This document shows positions 25,330 to 38,800 of a DNA stretch of 64,000 bases, piece after piece. A program made the position numbers and the translations under genes. Where the stretch lies: positions 154,008,001 through 154,072,000 of the forward strand of contig OX597815.1 in assembly GCA_951406725.2 (NCBI GenBank), written 5' to 3'. Below the pieces are notes generated by a model that did no database searches, was not told the origin of the DNA, and saw only the letters and a program-made list of their open reading frames with translations. Numbering within the stretch: position 1 is the first letter of the stretch; the number at the start of each line of letters is the position of its first letter. The stretch comes from Octopus vulgaris. Lineage: Eukaryota.

Positions 25330-27100
25330 GTTGACTGATAAATTTAAAGGGCAGAATATCATAGGACAGCAGAAAACTAGACAGTAGTTGTAAGTTCCAG
25401 AGAACAGTAGTTTGAGGAAAGAAGCTATTAGAAGAAATGAAAAGACAGGAAGCTCAATAGAAGAAACAATGTGCCTAGGAGGAGAAGCGGGTGACACTTT
25501 AAAGGTCTTCACAGAAAGAACTTGATTAGAAAGTTAATCAGAGCAAGAACCATGGAAATACTTATAGAACAGACCTGACGTAGATACATTTCGGCGATGA
25601 GTCAAAGACCCCCAACTGAAGAGAAAGAAGAGGGACCATTATGTTAACAACTCGATTCTGAATTCCATCAAGTAAGTTAAGATTATCAGAGGAAGCACCA
25701 ACCCAAAATGACTGCAATATACAACGCAAGGTCAAATTCAGTAATACGTCAGTGATGTCACTTACTTTCTTTGTATAATTTGGAATAGTACTTTAAGAAC
25801 TGGTGAATGGTCATGAGAAGTTGGCAGGATCAGTTGTAATGGTAACGCCAAAGAACAATAATACCAAAAGGATCATAAGCCACCGCACAGTCATTTTAAT
25901 CAACTATTTAAGCAAGGCTTGGCTATATGCGTTATTCGCACTAATGAAACCCTCAATAAAAATAATGATACTTAATGGAACAGGCTGATTTACAGGAACA
26001 GGAAACACTGTAGTGTAGATGTGATGTTAACAATATAGAGGAAGTTTCCCATTCGTTCATATTCCTGATAAAATGAAAGCGTTTGACTGTTAGTGTCATT
26101 GGGCACAATGCATTATTACGAAAGAATACATCATAAGCCAACCAATAACAAATGTAATAAAGCTATTACATGAGTATGTAAAAACTGTAGTTTTAATTGA
26201 AAACTCACAAGACAGTTGTTGATAGACAAGGTTGTAATCTTTCACGAAAACATTTCAATGTATTTATGGAATACATAATGAGTGAAACAACTGAGTTTTT
26301 TTAAGGAAATTGTAAGAGACAGAAAAATGAGTAATCCACGTTTTGAAGATGATATTGAATTGATTAGATAAAATGGGAAAGTTAGAGATCTAAAAGCATT
26401 TCTAGATATGACTGCTAGAAAATATGAAATGGAAACAAGTGCCGGAAGGACAAAATATTGATGAATAATAAAAAGAAATGAAAAAATAACTATAGTCAAT
26501 AAAATCGAAATTGCATGGGATGTGCTTGTACAAGACGATGAATTTAAATATTGAGGAAAAATAATAAACGGAGGATGTGAAATAAAAGGAGAAAATAAAA
26601 TGCTGGATTTCAGTAGCAAGTGCGTTTTAATGAAAATTCAAATTAATTTTGAAACAATTCAATTTTTAAGAGCAATTATTTGTACTGCACCATATGGTTA
26701 CGAATCATGGTCATTAGATGTTGAAAGTGAGATAAAGATACTAGCCCTTCAAATAAACTGTTACAAAAGTATGCTTTGCATTTTATGTTGAGAACACCGA
26801 ATTTGCGAAAATTATTGGAAAATAATTGTAAAGAGAGCGAACTACTAAACTTTTGTTAATTGTTAAAAGATCAATAAATAAATGGTTTGGATATAAAACA
26901 TGGTTTTATGACACATTGACTCTAGCAAAAAGGATCATACATAAACAAATGCAAGGGTAAAAATGAGTGTCTGAAGGACAACAACTGGTTGAGCAACATC
27001 AAAGAGTGAGTAGGGAGGAAGATAGTGGAAAATTTCAGTTTGGTTAGAGACTGACAAAGAAGAGAAGAGAGACTTCTGTTTCTTATTGTGCACTAATCTA
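25330..27100 (+). mobile_element. Highly degenerate RTE-clade LINE ORF2
   Basis: Remnants HRTVILINYLSK, RFEDDIELI, YGYESWSL and ALQINCYKSMLCI in RT order, with many stops. Confidence 0.7.
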
Positions 27101-27320
27101 TGGATTTTGATCGGCTAATATCAAAGAGAGTTGGAAAAATCCGTAAAAAAAATGTACTAAATATTTTGTTGCATTTAGTTACATATAAATCGTGTCCTTT
27201 AACGCAGAGGGAAGAGAACCTAAAGTGTAGAGGAGAAATTGGTGAGAGCTTGGTATGAACTTAGACACGTATTCTCTAAATGACCAATATATTTCAGAGT
27301 AATGACCATACAAATATATT

Positions 27321-27384
<64 letters not shown>

Positions 27385-27393
27385 CTCAATTTC

Positions 27394-27424
<31 letters not shown>

Positions 27425-28455
27425 CTAGCATTAAAGACCCGTCGTTGCCGGGTCATAGTGCTAGTGCATGTATATATGTGTATATATATGTGTACATATT
27501 ACATGTACATCTATATATATACATCTACACATAAAATACAAAGTTATATCTTGATATCGCTAGTGATAACAATACTCAAAATATATAACAGACTGGAATT
27601 GTTAGCCCGTCTCTTGTAATTTCAATCAATTGTATCTTGTCCTCCCTCTTGTATAGAAGTGTGGCTACAATACAGCCTACCTCTACTTCGGGGGTGGGGG
27701 GTGCATTAAAATTTTTTTTCCGAGACGTCCTACGTCCCAGATATAAAGGTGAAAATAAAAATTTTCCACTTTGCAAGTTCGAGTCGAGTACTCCCTTGCA
27801 CGCTCCGTTGACTCGAACCTTGCTTCTATTGTGGCGAATTTACCGCCTCTGATTAGATATCTTTCATAGTCGCACCAAGACACTTTTCGAAGGTGCTTTC
27901 CTCCATGTGTTCAAATCTTCTTTTTTCTCTACATTGTATACTTTATAGACAGTAGTCTTTTCTTTAATTTAATTTTTTATTATCCATCTGGACTATTTTA
28001 TTTCTGCATGCTAATTTTATTTTTAATTTATTCCCATTCATGTGAAACCACTTATTCAAGTTCAAGTCATTGATGCAATTTTATACCAATTGCTATTTTT
28101 ACTTTTATTATGTTACGATTATATTATACTTTAGTTTGATTTTAATTATTACTTACTACATATAATGCAATTGTTATTATTATTTTTATTGTTAAAGTGA
28201 AAATATCTGACATAAAATAGAGAAATGTTTTTGTTTCACTTTTAATACGTAATACTGAAATAGTGGAGAAGATATGATATTGCTATGGGCTCGCTCTAGG
28301 CAAGAAGTTGAACATTTTTTTGCCCATGAAACTACATGGCCTCTAAGTAAAGCATGTGCAAAATTTGAATGAAATTGGTTGTGTAGTTCTCAAGTTTTAG
28401 GGAAACACAGACAGACAGACAGACACACATTCTCAGTTTTATATATATATAAAGA
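27425..28455 (-). mobile_element. Non-autonomous Helitron
   Basis: Minus strand starts A|TCTTTATATATATATAAAA plus a (TGTC)n tract and ends with hairpin gacccg-gcaacga-cgggtc, 8 nt, CTAG|T. No TSD. Confidence 0.85.
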
Positions 28456-28647
28456 TATATATAATTATTATTAGGTTTGAAAATGGAGAGATCTAATGGA
28501 TACAAATTAATTAACATCTTCCCCTACAATTATTTCATTTCCCAACCAAAAATAAAACTACAAAACTTAATTATATAATCTTACATTTTAAAATATCTTT
28601 GGTGGAAATCATCAGTGTACAAAAAAAAACAGTACAAGAACACACAC

Positions 28648-28702
<55 letters not shown>

Positions 28703-28714
28703 CGTGATATATAT

Positions 28715-28972
28715 ATATGGTCACTATGGGCTTCGTATTGTTTTAGCCTTCAAATGACGCTACTTCGCTGGCTAAGCGAGCAGGCCAACAGAAGAAGGAG
28801 TGAAAGAAAGTTGTGGCGAAAGAGTACAGCAGGGATCGCCACCCCCCCGCCGGAGCCTTGTGGAGCTTCAGGTGTTTTCGCTCAATAGACACTCACAACG
28901 GCCGGCCTGGGAATCGAAACCACGGTCCTACAACCGCGAGTCCGCTGCCCTAAGCACTGGGCCATTGCGCCT

Positions 28973-28975
<3 letters not shown>
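28715..28975 (-). mobile_element. tRNA-derived SINE, family C
   Basis: Minus-strand head ggaggcgcaatggcccagtgcttagggcagcggactcgcggttgtaggaccgtggtttcgattcccagg has A- and B-box-like motifs. Confidence 0.8.
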
Positions 28976-29040
<65 letters not shown>

Positions 29041-29568
29041 TTATATATACATATGTGTGTGTGTATGAGGGTGTGTATATATGGCTTGCTGCTACTCTTG
29101 GTTTTTAATTTGCTACAGAATTCCTCCATAGATGGAATTTGGTGATATGACATTTTTAAGGGAGAGTGAAATTGAATGGATTCATAGAAGAATTAATAAA
29201 AGAATCTCAGAAGAGGCATTAATTCATTAATATTCATATCTGGCACCGACAAATAAAAATATTCGACCTGATAACCCCGAGCAAATGAACGAAATTCTTT
29301 GTAGTTGTTCCATCTTCTAAACTTAGCAACGAAATATCCAATGAATAAAGTAGTCTCAAAATGACTGAATGATAATGAATTGAATACCTTGGAACGTGAC
29401 TCTGACCAGGTTTGATATGGAGGCGAGTACAAACAAAAAATAGTGTGTCTAGTAATATGGAATAGTTTGCGTCGATGAAAATTAGTTTAATAAAGTGGGT
29501 TTCGGATGTGACGAAAACATAATTTCTAAGCCTCGAGTGGGTTGATCACAGTTCATTTTTCAACATAG

Positions 29569-29958
29569 AGGCGCAGGCGTGGCTGTGTGGTAAGGAGCTT
29601 GCTTCCCAACCACATGTTTCCAGGTTCAGTCTCACTGCGTGGCATCTTGGGCAAGTGTCTTTTACTATCGCCTCGGGCCGACCAAAGTATTGTGAGTGGA
29701 TTTCGTAAACATAAACTAAAGGCAGTCTGTCGTGTGTATATGTGTGTGTGTGTCTGTGTTTGCCCCATCCATCGCTTGAAAACAATGTTGGTGTGTCTAC
29801 GTCTCTGTAACTTAGCAGTTCGGCAAAAGTCACGGACAGAATAAGTACTAGGCTTACAAAGAATAAGTCCAGGGGGCGAATTCTTCGACTAAAAATCCTC
29901 TAAGTCAGTGCTCCAGCATAACCGCAGTCAAATGGCTGAAACAAATAAAAGGATAAAA
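29569..29958 (+). mobile_element. tRNA-derived SINE, family A, full length
   Basis: Head ggcgcaggcgtggctgtgtggtaag...ggttcagtctc, internal (TG)n, tail gtgctccagcataaccgcagtcaaatggctgaaacaaataaaag. Confidence 0.9.
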
Positions 29959-32900
29959 TAATATAAGCTTGTTTTATACTTGGTTTTATTCTTCACGTGC
30001 TGGACAGTTCTATTTTAAATCTCAGTTCGTACAAGCTAAACTAAACTAAAATAAAATAAAAGAGAAACGGAAAGCAAATACGTTAGTGGTCAAATGAAAT
30101 ATTCTAGGTCTATTATTCAAACAGTTATAATTACAGGAGATCTAAAAATATTTTTAAAATCTTAAATATTTCAAACGTTATTATTGATTTCACATAATTA
30201 ATTATGTAACATACTTAACGTTAATGGATTATCGATTATGTATATATGACACTATATTTGATTATTTTGGTGGGAGTGTTGTTAGTACTAGCTGCGGAAT
30301 AATTGTGATTTCAGTCGCTTTTTCGATTTGTTTCTTAGAAGCTGCTGCCATCAAGTGATTTCTTGTATGAAAACTAGTAATACACATCTTATGGCACCAG
30401 TTTAATAATAAATAATCAAAATTATTTGACTAAAAAACCTTATATAGAAATTGATCAACCTGCTAGAAATAGCGTCTAAATCTCTCCCTAAACAACACGC
30501 TGTTCAAATATGGAAATGATGTATTAGGCAATACAGACTAACATTTCCCCTTTCAAAAAGTCGATATGGTCATCATTACATTGTTTTTGTTGAAAGTTTA
30601 CTGGTTGCGATGAGAAGATTAGATAAATTCATCGAAAACATATTGAGTCGAAACGTATTTAAGTCGAAAGGGTAGTGACTGAAATAACAGTTGAAATCCT
30701 ATACATATAAAGACATATTCATACAAAGATAATTTTCGAAGAAGCGTTAAACTGTTTCAAAGAAAAATTAATCGGAACATATTAGTCGACATTAAATTCA
30801 GTAAAAGGTACTTGTCGAAAAATTTAGATAACATATTTTAAACAACTGTTTATAATTTTAATATGGCAAAAGAAAATTGATAAATGAGATATATTTTCAA
30901 TTATTGTTCAGAATACTTGCCTTTTAATAAGAAAATAAATGTAATCATGAGAAAATGTATGCCCACACTGACGAAATCCTCAGTGTGGGCATATATCCAA
31001 GATTTTCTGTCACTCTTATCGTCAGAAATACAGTCAACCAATGATTGACCTGGTGGAAATCTGTAACCAACGACGGTACTGTCCACAGATTACGATTTAT
31101 AATAAATAACATATTCCTCTCTTAACTTTATCGATGCTAGCAATCATAGTTGGACTGAAATTCAGCCAGTAACATATACAATCATTTTCAAGTACATATC
31201 CGTTGTGTTTGCTTGAACTCAATACACTGCACAGTACATATATACACGTATATTTAAGTATTTTAGTATTAATACTAAGTTGGCAATTAAATGTACAATA
31301 TCCTAAAGATGAACCGCACAGTGCAGTTCTTGAAACTAGAGATGATATTTCTAATAAATGAGTGTGGGAGAAAAATAAAAAATACCCACCGCCTTGTATA
31401 TGCGTTACAATAATAACTCATAAAATCGTAGGCTTATTGAAAATGTAATAATACAATTTCATTTACTGCAATGGATTACTTTAACTGAATCTATCTAGAA
31501 GATTAGTCAAGTATTCATAGTATCTTATGTATTTGTTAGCCTGAATATTCATATAGTAAAATATGACTCTTAAGTGCATAATCATGTAGAAATTTGAATA
31601 TTTTCTCTTTAGCATCTTAGTCATAGTACTGCAAATTATAAATATTGGTTTCAAATTTTGGCACAAGGCCAGCAATTTCGGGGGAAGGAGTTAATTCGAT
31701 TATGACTGTGCATGGAGTAGAAGGAAATACGTTACTGCAAAAACAAATCCGTATATCAATAGATTTGTTTCGTTGTCCTGAGGATACGCGGATGTTGTCA
31801 CCGTGCAGCCAGCAATTTGGCAAAGTATGTTAATTTGCGTTGGTGGTTATTTGTTGCTTGTCTTGATTTGTAGAAATATTTGGCATCCAAGCAAGAGCAG
31901 TTGATTCAAATGAAGAGCTTTTAGCATAATGATAATTTTTCCCTTCATGTTGGCGAAGACTCATGAGTGAGAGTGCATCGTCTGTTTTATTTATTAAATA
32001 TTCTACATGAATTGTAAATATTGTCGAAATATCTTGCAATAATTTGTCTTTTGCTTGTTGTGTATATTTATGTTGATATACTGATAAGTGGTTATAATTA
32101 ACGTTGGATTTGGCATATTGTTATTTAGAGTAAGATTTTGCGATGATTAATTACATAAGACATGATAAGTTGTACAAGTGTTTTGAGAGGCTAAAAGTAT
32201 GTGACACTGTATATCCAATTTGAGAATATCTTTATTGATCACTCAAATCCCATTAATGAGAGAATTAAAGAGCAATTCATTTTAGGTGATTTGTTCTGTC
32301 ATCTTGCACTTTACCCGATGCGTTTCTGTCATTTTCGTGTATAATGGATGACTGTTTTATAAACGTCGCTTAGTAAGATCAATTTGCAATTGAAAATAAT
32401 GTAGGTCTATTATGAAGCATGGTGTTTCATCTAGTGATGTTTTCAACTGAATTGCATAGTATTTTACTATTTTCACGGATTTACAGCTTGTTAGATTACA
32501 AAAAATGCCTCTCACCCACAATCAACTTAAAAGAGCTAGATGAATATACTTGGTAATTCAGTCCTACATATAGTATGCTATAAAAAGAGATGCGATGGTT
32601 ACCAATGGAACGTCGGGCTGACAATAAATATTCTTCACAAAAAGCCTTAATAAGTGCACATGAAGAAACCATATAGTTGAGAATTAAGCATGAAAGCAAT
32701 CTGAAATCAATGACTGTATCGAACGAAAAATAGAATAGCTTGAAAGGTAATTATACCTCAATAATATTTTCACACACAAATAAAGACAACACAAAGCAGC
32801 AAAACACTCACATGACACAAAACACAAGAAAAAAACAACAAAACTAGATGTTTGGGGCACTAAAATACACCAGAAAATCAGATTCAACACATACACACGT

Positions 32901-33559
32901 AAATACATAGATGCGATGGGTAAATTGTTGCCATTGTATATTTTTAATTTCGCACATGCGCATTGTTTTTTGATTTTGTCGACTACACAGTATAGTAGGG
33001 TCAGTTGGCCATGATTGACAACGATTTCTCCAAGTCAATGAGAGAATCACAAGTGAAGCGCTTTTGATCATAAATTTATTCAATTAATGTTGATTAAGCT
33101 TGAAATATCATCATCATCATGAACATCAGTATCATCAACAACAATAAGAACAACTAGTCACTGCTGTGCATATATTCAAGGAATTATTGACGCTTCTACA
33201 AACATCTTGCAAGTAAACAAAAACTACATAGTCAAATATGCACATAAAAATACTTAAGAAGGAACTAAAAAAAATAAACGAACGAAGAAGCGCATACGTA
33301 TCTGAATTCTTTATACAAAACAAGTTTTTGTTGCTAAACCCCAGTTTTGTACTGTTCGGGCAACCTTATGATCGCAAACGTTCCAGCCATCACTCAGGTT
33401 GTATGTATCATATATTACACTTTCCATTTGAGATATCGATATAACTTTTTTCCAGGCAGCAGGCGGTAACATAAGGAAAATATAAATACTATTTAGAGCA
33501 GGCTAAGTTACGACATGACAACTCCTTTGGTAGCCCGTAGCATCGATGTCGCTTCTTTC

Positions 33560-33790
33560 TTTCCTTTTCTTTTACTTATTTCAGCCATTAGACAGCGGCC
33601 ATGCTGGATCACAGCCTTGAGCAATTTTTTTAGTCGAATGAATCAACTCCAGAGCTTGTTTATTGTTAAGCCTGGTATTTTACCATCGGTTTCTTTTACC
33701 GAACCGCTATGTTACGTGGACGTAAACATACCAACACCGGCTGTCAACCCGTGGTGGAGGACAAGTACAGACACAAAGACACAAACACAC
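33560..33790 (-). mobile_element. SINE family A, 3' half
   Basis: Reverse complement of the tail and body of 29569-29958. Confidence 0.8.
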
Positions 33791-33869
33791 ATAATGATAT
33801 GAATGACAAATGAAATGGTGAAAAATGTGGGCAACAGCAACGCCCGCCGATAGATGTATATCCGAGCTC

Positions 33870-35632
33870 ATTGTTCATTTATAACACATTTCGAGGCAAT
33901 GAACAACAAAAACAACATTGAGGAGGCATTACATCTCTTACATTGACTACATATGAAGCCACTTTGAGGTAATATCAAAATTAGAATCTTCTTGCCTGAC
34001 ACGACTCCACGCCTCAGAAAAACACCTGGACGGTTGTAAGTAGGGCCTATTCAACAGAAATCTATAGGAATCCATTATCCTGAACAGGTCGGTCTTCCTC
34101 ATGACCTTCACATCCACCCGAAAAGACCAGTCAGGGTCCTCCGTGCAGAACAGGATCTCCTCCCTTCGGCCCTTCGTTTTGAGCTTACCAACAAAGCGCT
34201 CCACTGTCCCTCCCTTGTGGAAGAGGACCACAGATTCCTCCTTCGTGTCATGAAGGGGCTGTACAGTCTCCAACTTTGGTGGCACAACTCCCATCAAAGA
34301 TGCTTCAGTACACACCGGCAGTGTATCACCAACCGCAGGAGATGACCCATTTTTCTTTTTTCACTTTTTTTTCCTTTGAGCCACGGGAGGGTGGAGTTCC
34401 TCCGCCTTGTCCAGCAGATCCTCCTTTTTACCGCAGCAATCGGCTCCTTCGGTGGGTAACCATTGTTGCCCACCTTTCGTTTTCTTCCTTTTTTAGAGGA
34501 GGCTTCTACCTCCTCGACTTCCTCCTTCTCTTCCTTCAATTAGGGAGCAGGGAGTGGTACTTCTATTAACTGTTCAAGTATCCTATTTTGGTCCTTGGAG
34601 CAGTTCTGCTTGATATGACCGGGTTCCAGGCACAGATGACACTTGGAGGGGTGGGGCGTCCCTCAAGCATTACCGGGTACCTAGACCCGGCCATCCTTAA
34701 AAAATCTGGAAAAACCAGATTTTCGGCTGATTGGGTCCATAGAGACAAAACAGCTTTTGACCTCTCCCAATCAGCCGCAGGCAAAATTTTCACATCGAGT
34801 AGCTTGGTACTGCTGCCACCCAGACCCCGGCGGATAGTGTCTTCTATCCAATCGGGTTCAATTCCAGGTGGCAAACTTCTTCCCACAATAAGTGGGAAGG
34901 AATAAAATTTCACTATCCTCCAGGAGCTGGCTTGCGAATTCGCAAGTTTCTTCGCGGGAGTCAAACAACAACCACACCGTTGCAAATCCGCCCCCACCCC
35001 GAGATATATATTTAGTACCTGATATATAGTCTGCTAGCTCTTTTTCAATTATCTTTTTCGAGAATACGGTTATGGTTATGGTATCAAGATATGTGGGTAG
35101 AAGCGCCACCTCTTCCGTCCTCAGCCACACTCGCCAGCCACCTCACCAGCTTCCTCACCTCTTCCACTGTCCTAAACTGGAAGACCACTGTCCCGTATTT
35201 ACATCCTTTGGTTATATACATAATTTGGTTTGACTGCTTCGTTAGCGCTTTTTCTATTATTTCCATTTCCACCTGTTCAGCTTTTTTGTTCTTCAGCGAG
35301 TGTACCCTATAGGTGAGAGTGCTCCTCTGCATTTGCTCCATAATTCTTTTAGGCGGCGAAAACTTCACGTCGCCACCCACCTTCTGCGTTATTTTTCCAT
35401 ATTCCTTCTGTCCAACCAGGTCTACGTCCTTTCTCTTCACCTCCGCCGCCTCAGAAAAACTTCTTGTTTTCTCCAATATTCAGTCCATTCTTCTCACTGC
35501 CTTCAGCAGCTCCTCCTCCGATGAAGACAACTCAGACCCGCTAAAGTCTGAGTACATTGTCTCTCACCGCAGTAACAAAAATCAACGTCCGTCACAAACA
35601 CAAACAACAAACCAAATGAACTCTGGCTAACC
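33870..35632 (-). mobile_element. ORF1-only (gag-like zinc-knuckle) non-autonomous retroelement, copy 1; disrupted ORF ~35557 to 33947
   Basis: Frameshifted ORF chain with two ...LPTY modules, VMLEGRP, CHLCLEPGHIKQNC (CX2CX4HX4C, ~34600-34641), a K/E-rich linker and a C-terminal domain. No RT or endonuclease motifs. Ends approximate. Confidence 0.75.
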
Positions 35633-35879
35633 GGAAGCAAGCTTCTTGCCACACAGCCACACTTCGCCTATCTCATTCTTTTTTTAACCTCTACATGCTA
35701 AACATCACAGTAAATGAAACCTAAGTTGGTTGGAAACATGATCCGTCAAAATAACTTTGAAACAAGTTCAAAGGTAATTGTATAAATATAATTAGACCAC
35801 TCTTGAATTTTCGTTATCTCCCATGGATGTTTTGGATCTTTTTGCTGTTACATCCCCACCGCATTGACCTCCTCCTCCT

Positions 35880-38800
35880 GATACTGTGGTGGATGGACAT
35901 GCAGGGGAATGAACGAACTAGAAAATGAATTGCTTGACGACTACCCGACTTGATGAATGCTCCAGAAGAAAATTCCCCATGAATATGAGAAGGGTAGACA
36001 GGAGTATGATAAATAAAGTAGCACAAAATATAAATGCTATTATACTATGCATTCAGACGGAGTACATAACACAGACGGGGAATCTTCTCCGAGCTCTTGC
36101 GCTACTTGTTGAAGAGAAATTACAACTTAAAAGAACAAAAAATGGTGGAGCAAAAGAACCATGGTGGAAACGACGCATTGAAAGGGACATAATGCAGGCA
36201 AGGCAAGATCTAGAAAAAATTGAATGGTTAAGAAGAAACTGGAAAAATGGGAAAATGACCGACCGAGAAAAGTTAGAGAAGTATAAAATACGGAAGAACG
36301 GATTTGATGCCATAACAGAGCAGTTTAAACAGAGCATCAGTGCAAAAAGCCAGAAGATTTGTGAACAGAAATAAGTAGTTCGAGGAGAACAGATTGTTCA
36401 AAAATATGCCGAAGCAATTCTTCCGAACGTTAGAAGTAGACAATGGGGAAAATTTTGTACCTGATGCAAATCAAGCCAAGGGGTTGTGGAGTCGATTATG
36501 GGGAACCAAGTTGGTGCATAAAAGGGATGCAATGTGGATAGGAACAATCAAGACAGAATTACTAGGAGGAAAGAATCAAAGGAATATCGTCATAAGCATC
36601 AGTTGACGTGAAAGAACGAGTGGGTAAAGTGCGTAACTGGAAAGCCCCAGGACTAGATAGGATTCATGGTTTCTGGCTGAAGAGATGCCACGTGGTGCAT
36701 GAAAGCCTATCAGACCAATTGAATGAGTGTGTCCAGAAAGGTAAGTTCCCGCGAGGATGGTGACTGAGAGGACAACACTTATAATGAAAGATAGAAGAAA
36801 TGGGAATATGGGAATATTGTGAGAAACTACCGTCCCATAGCATGCCTAAACATAATCTGGAAAATACTCACTGGAATATGTGCGGCAAAGATATAGACTT
36901 TCCTGGCACAGGGGGAAATACTACCAAGGGAACACAAAGGATGTAAGAAGAGTTCTTAGGGTACCAAGGATCACCTGGTCATCAATAAAACAGTTTTGAA
37001 GCGTTGTAAAAAGACATCATACAAACATGTCTATGGCTTGGATTGACTTAAAGAAGGCATATGATATGGTGCCTCAATTTTGGATCTATTTCATTTATTA
37101 TCCACAAGGGGCTAAATACAGAATAATCCAATTACAAGACAAACTTATACAAAGACAAACTTGAGGAACTTAAAATACAAAAGAAGATGAAATAAAGATA
37201 GAAAAAAATTAAAAGAAACGAATGGTAATATGAAAAGAGTATAAAATGAGACGCATGCCCACTCGATCCTCGAAATCGAGTGGTTACATTTCGGCAGTTT
37301 TTTTTTCTTTTTCATATAATGAATCCACATTTCTGTTGTCTTTTTTTACTTCACATTTTACACACAGTTTAAGTCTGATTTTTTCAACTCCTCATATTCG
37401 ATTTCCGAGATTGGAATCTCTGGCAATAAAAAACTTGTCACAAAATTTGCAATTTCAGCAATTTCCCTATCGTCTACATAAAAATTGTCTTCCGACAACT
37501 TCACTTTCACCAGTTTTCCCATTTTCTCAACTATTCTTTCCGCTTTCACATCTTCTTTGTATATAACCACGACACCCTGAAACTTACCTCAATCAAACTT
37601 TGTTTTTCTTTTTTCCCTCTTTTGTACATTCTCAGTCTCACATCCTTCCTAACCTTTTCTTCGTTCTACCGACTGTTCTTTTACTTTCGATTTTTTCCTT
37701 TTTTTTTTTTGGTGGTGGTGGTGGGGGCTGACCATACCGTTCACTCCTCCTCACTTTTCTTCTTTTTGGCTTTCTGGGTACAATCCTCCTCTTCCTCTAT
37801 TTTTTCTTCCTCTGTTTGGATTTTTTCTCAATTTTATTTTCCTCTGTTTGTAGTTTCTCCTTTGTTTGTGATTTTATCTGTTCTTTTCTTTGCTCCTTTT
37901 CCTTTTTGTTACATGAGAATTCGTTTAAAGGGCTCTCGGTCCTTATTAGGCCTCTCACTCCGCATATGTAACAATTTGGCTTACGTCCCTCTACCACCAC
38001 ATTAAATGTATTCTCTTCCTCAATTTCAATCTGGTAGGGGATTCTTTCTTTGTCTTCAAATGTGGCAACAAGCCATATTTCGACACCGAACCCCAATCAG
38101 TTTAACTTATCTGTCTCTCCTATAAATCCCAGCGCAGGGTTGTTCTCTGCAACCAACCACTCTGTTTTGATTTCTGGTGGCACTCTTGATATCCTTATTC
38201 TGAACCTAATTCTTCCCTTGTAAGTGGGTAGTAATGCTATTTTCTCTGGTCTCAGAATTATGAGGGAATGTGAGACTGCCTCTTCCATTGTGGGAAACCT
38301 CATCTCCACCGTGCCAAATTTTTTTCCTCAGTCAATATATGTTGCTTTTTTAACAATTTCGCCTAGGCACTCTTCAATTTCTTCCCCTGTTACTCTCTCT
38401 TTTTGGTGGCGACCGCTTGTGTCCTGTAAATTATTGTTTTGCAGCTTCTATCTTCTGGGCGGGATTAAATTGATGTTATCGCTTTCCCTTCTCAGAAAAT
38501 TTCTTCTTTGTCCACATTAATTGGCCTTGCTTCTAGTGATACGGCTGCCCTTGCCGCAGCTGCTCTTGCATAGCCCTCCATACTGGAGGAACTAAGTTAC
38601 TATTTTCCCTCCAAATGGGGAACAAGAACAGCAAATGCAACAATACTAACAACCTTCGCCTTCGTCAAACGATAATTCACAAATAATTCACAATAATTCA
38701 CTAACTCAACACGCAGCACTGATTCAGCTTTGGGATCGATCTAGTACCAGACCTCATTTTTGGATCGTTGAATGCCTGCAGATGTTTGGTGCAGCTGATA

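Noticed and set aside
28900-28975. tRNA gene
   Set aside because: tRNA-like SINE head followed by a SINE body. No complete cloverleaf seen.
31617-32115. Long minus-strand frame with one internal stop and several Cys
   Set aside because: No recognisable homology or splice sites. Its end (~31644-31705) is a SINE tail.
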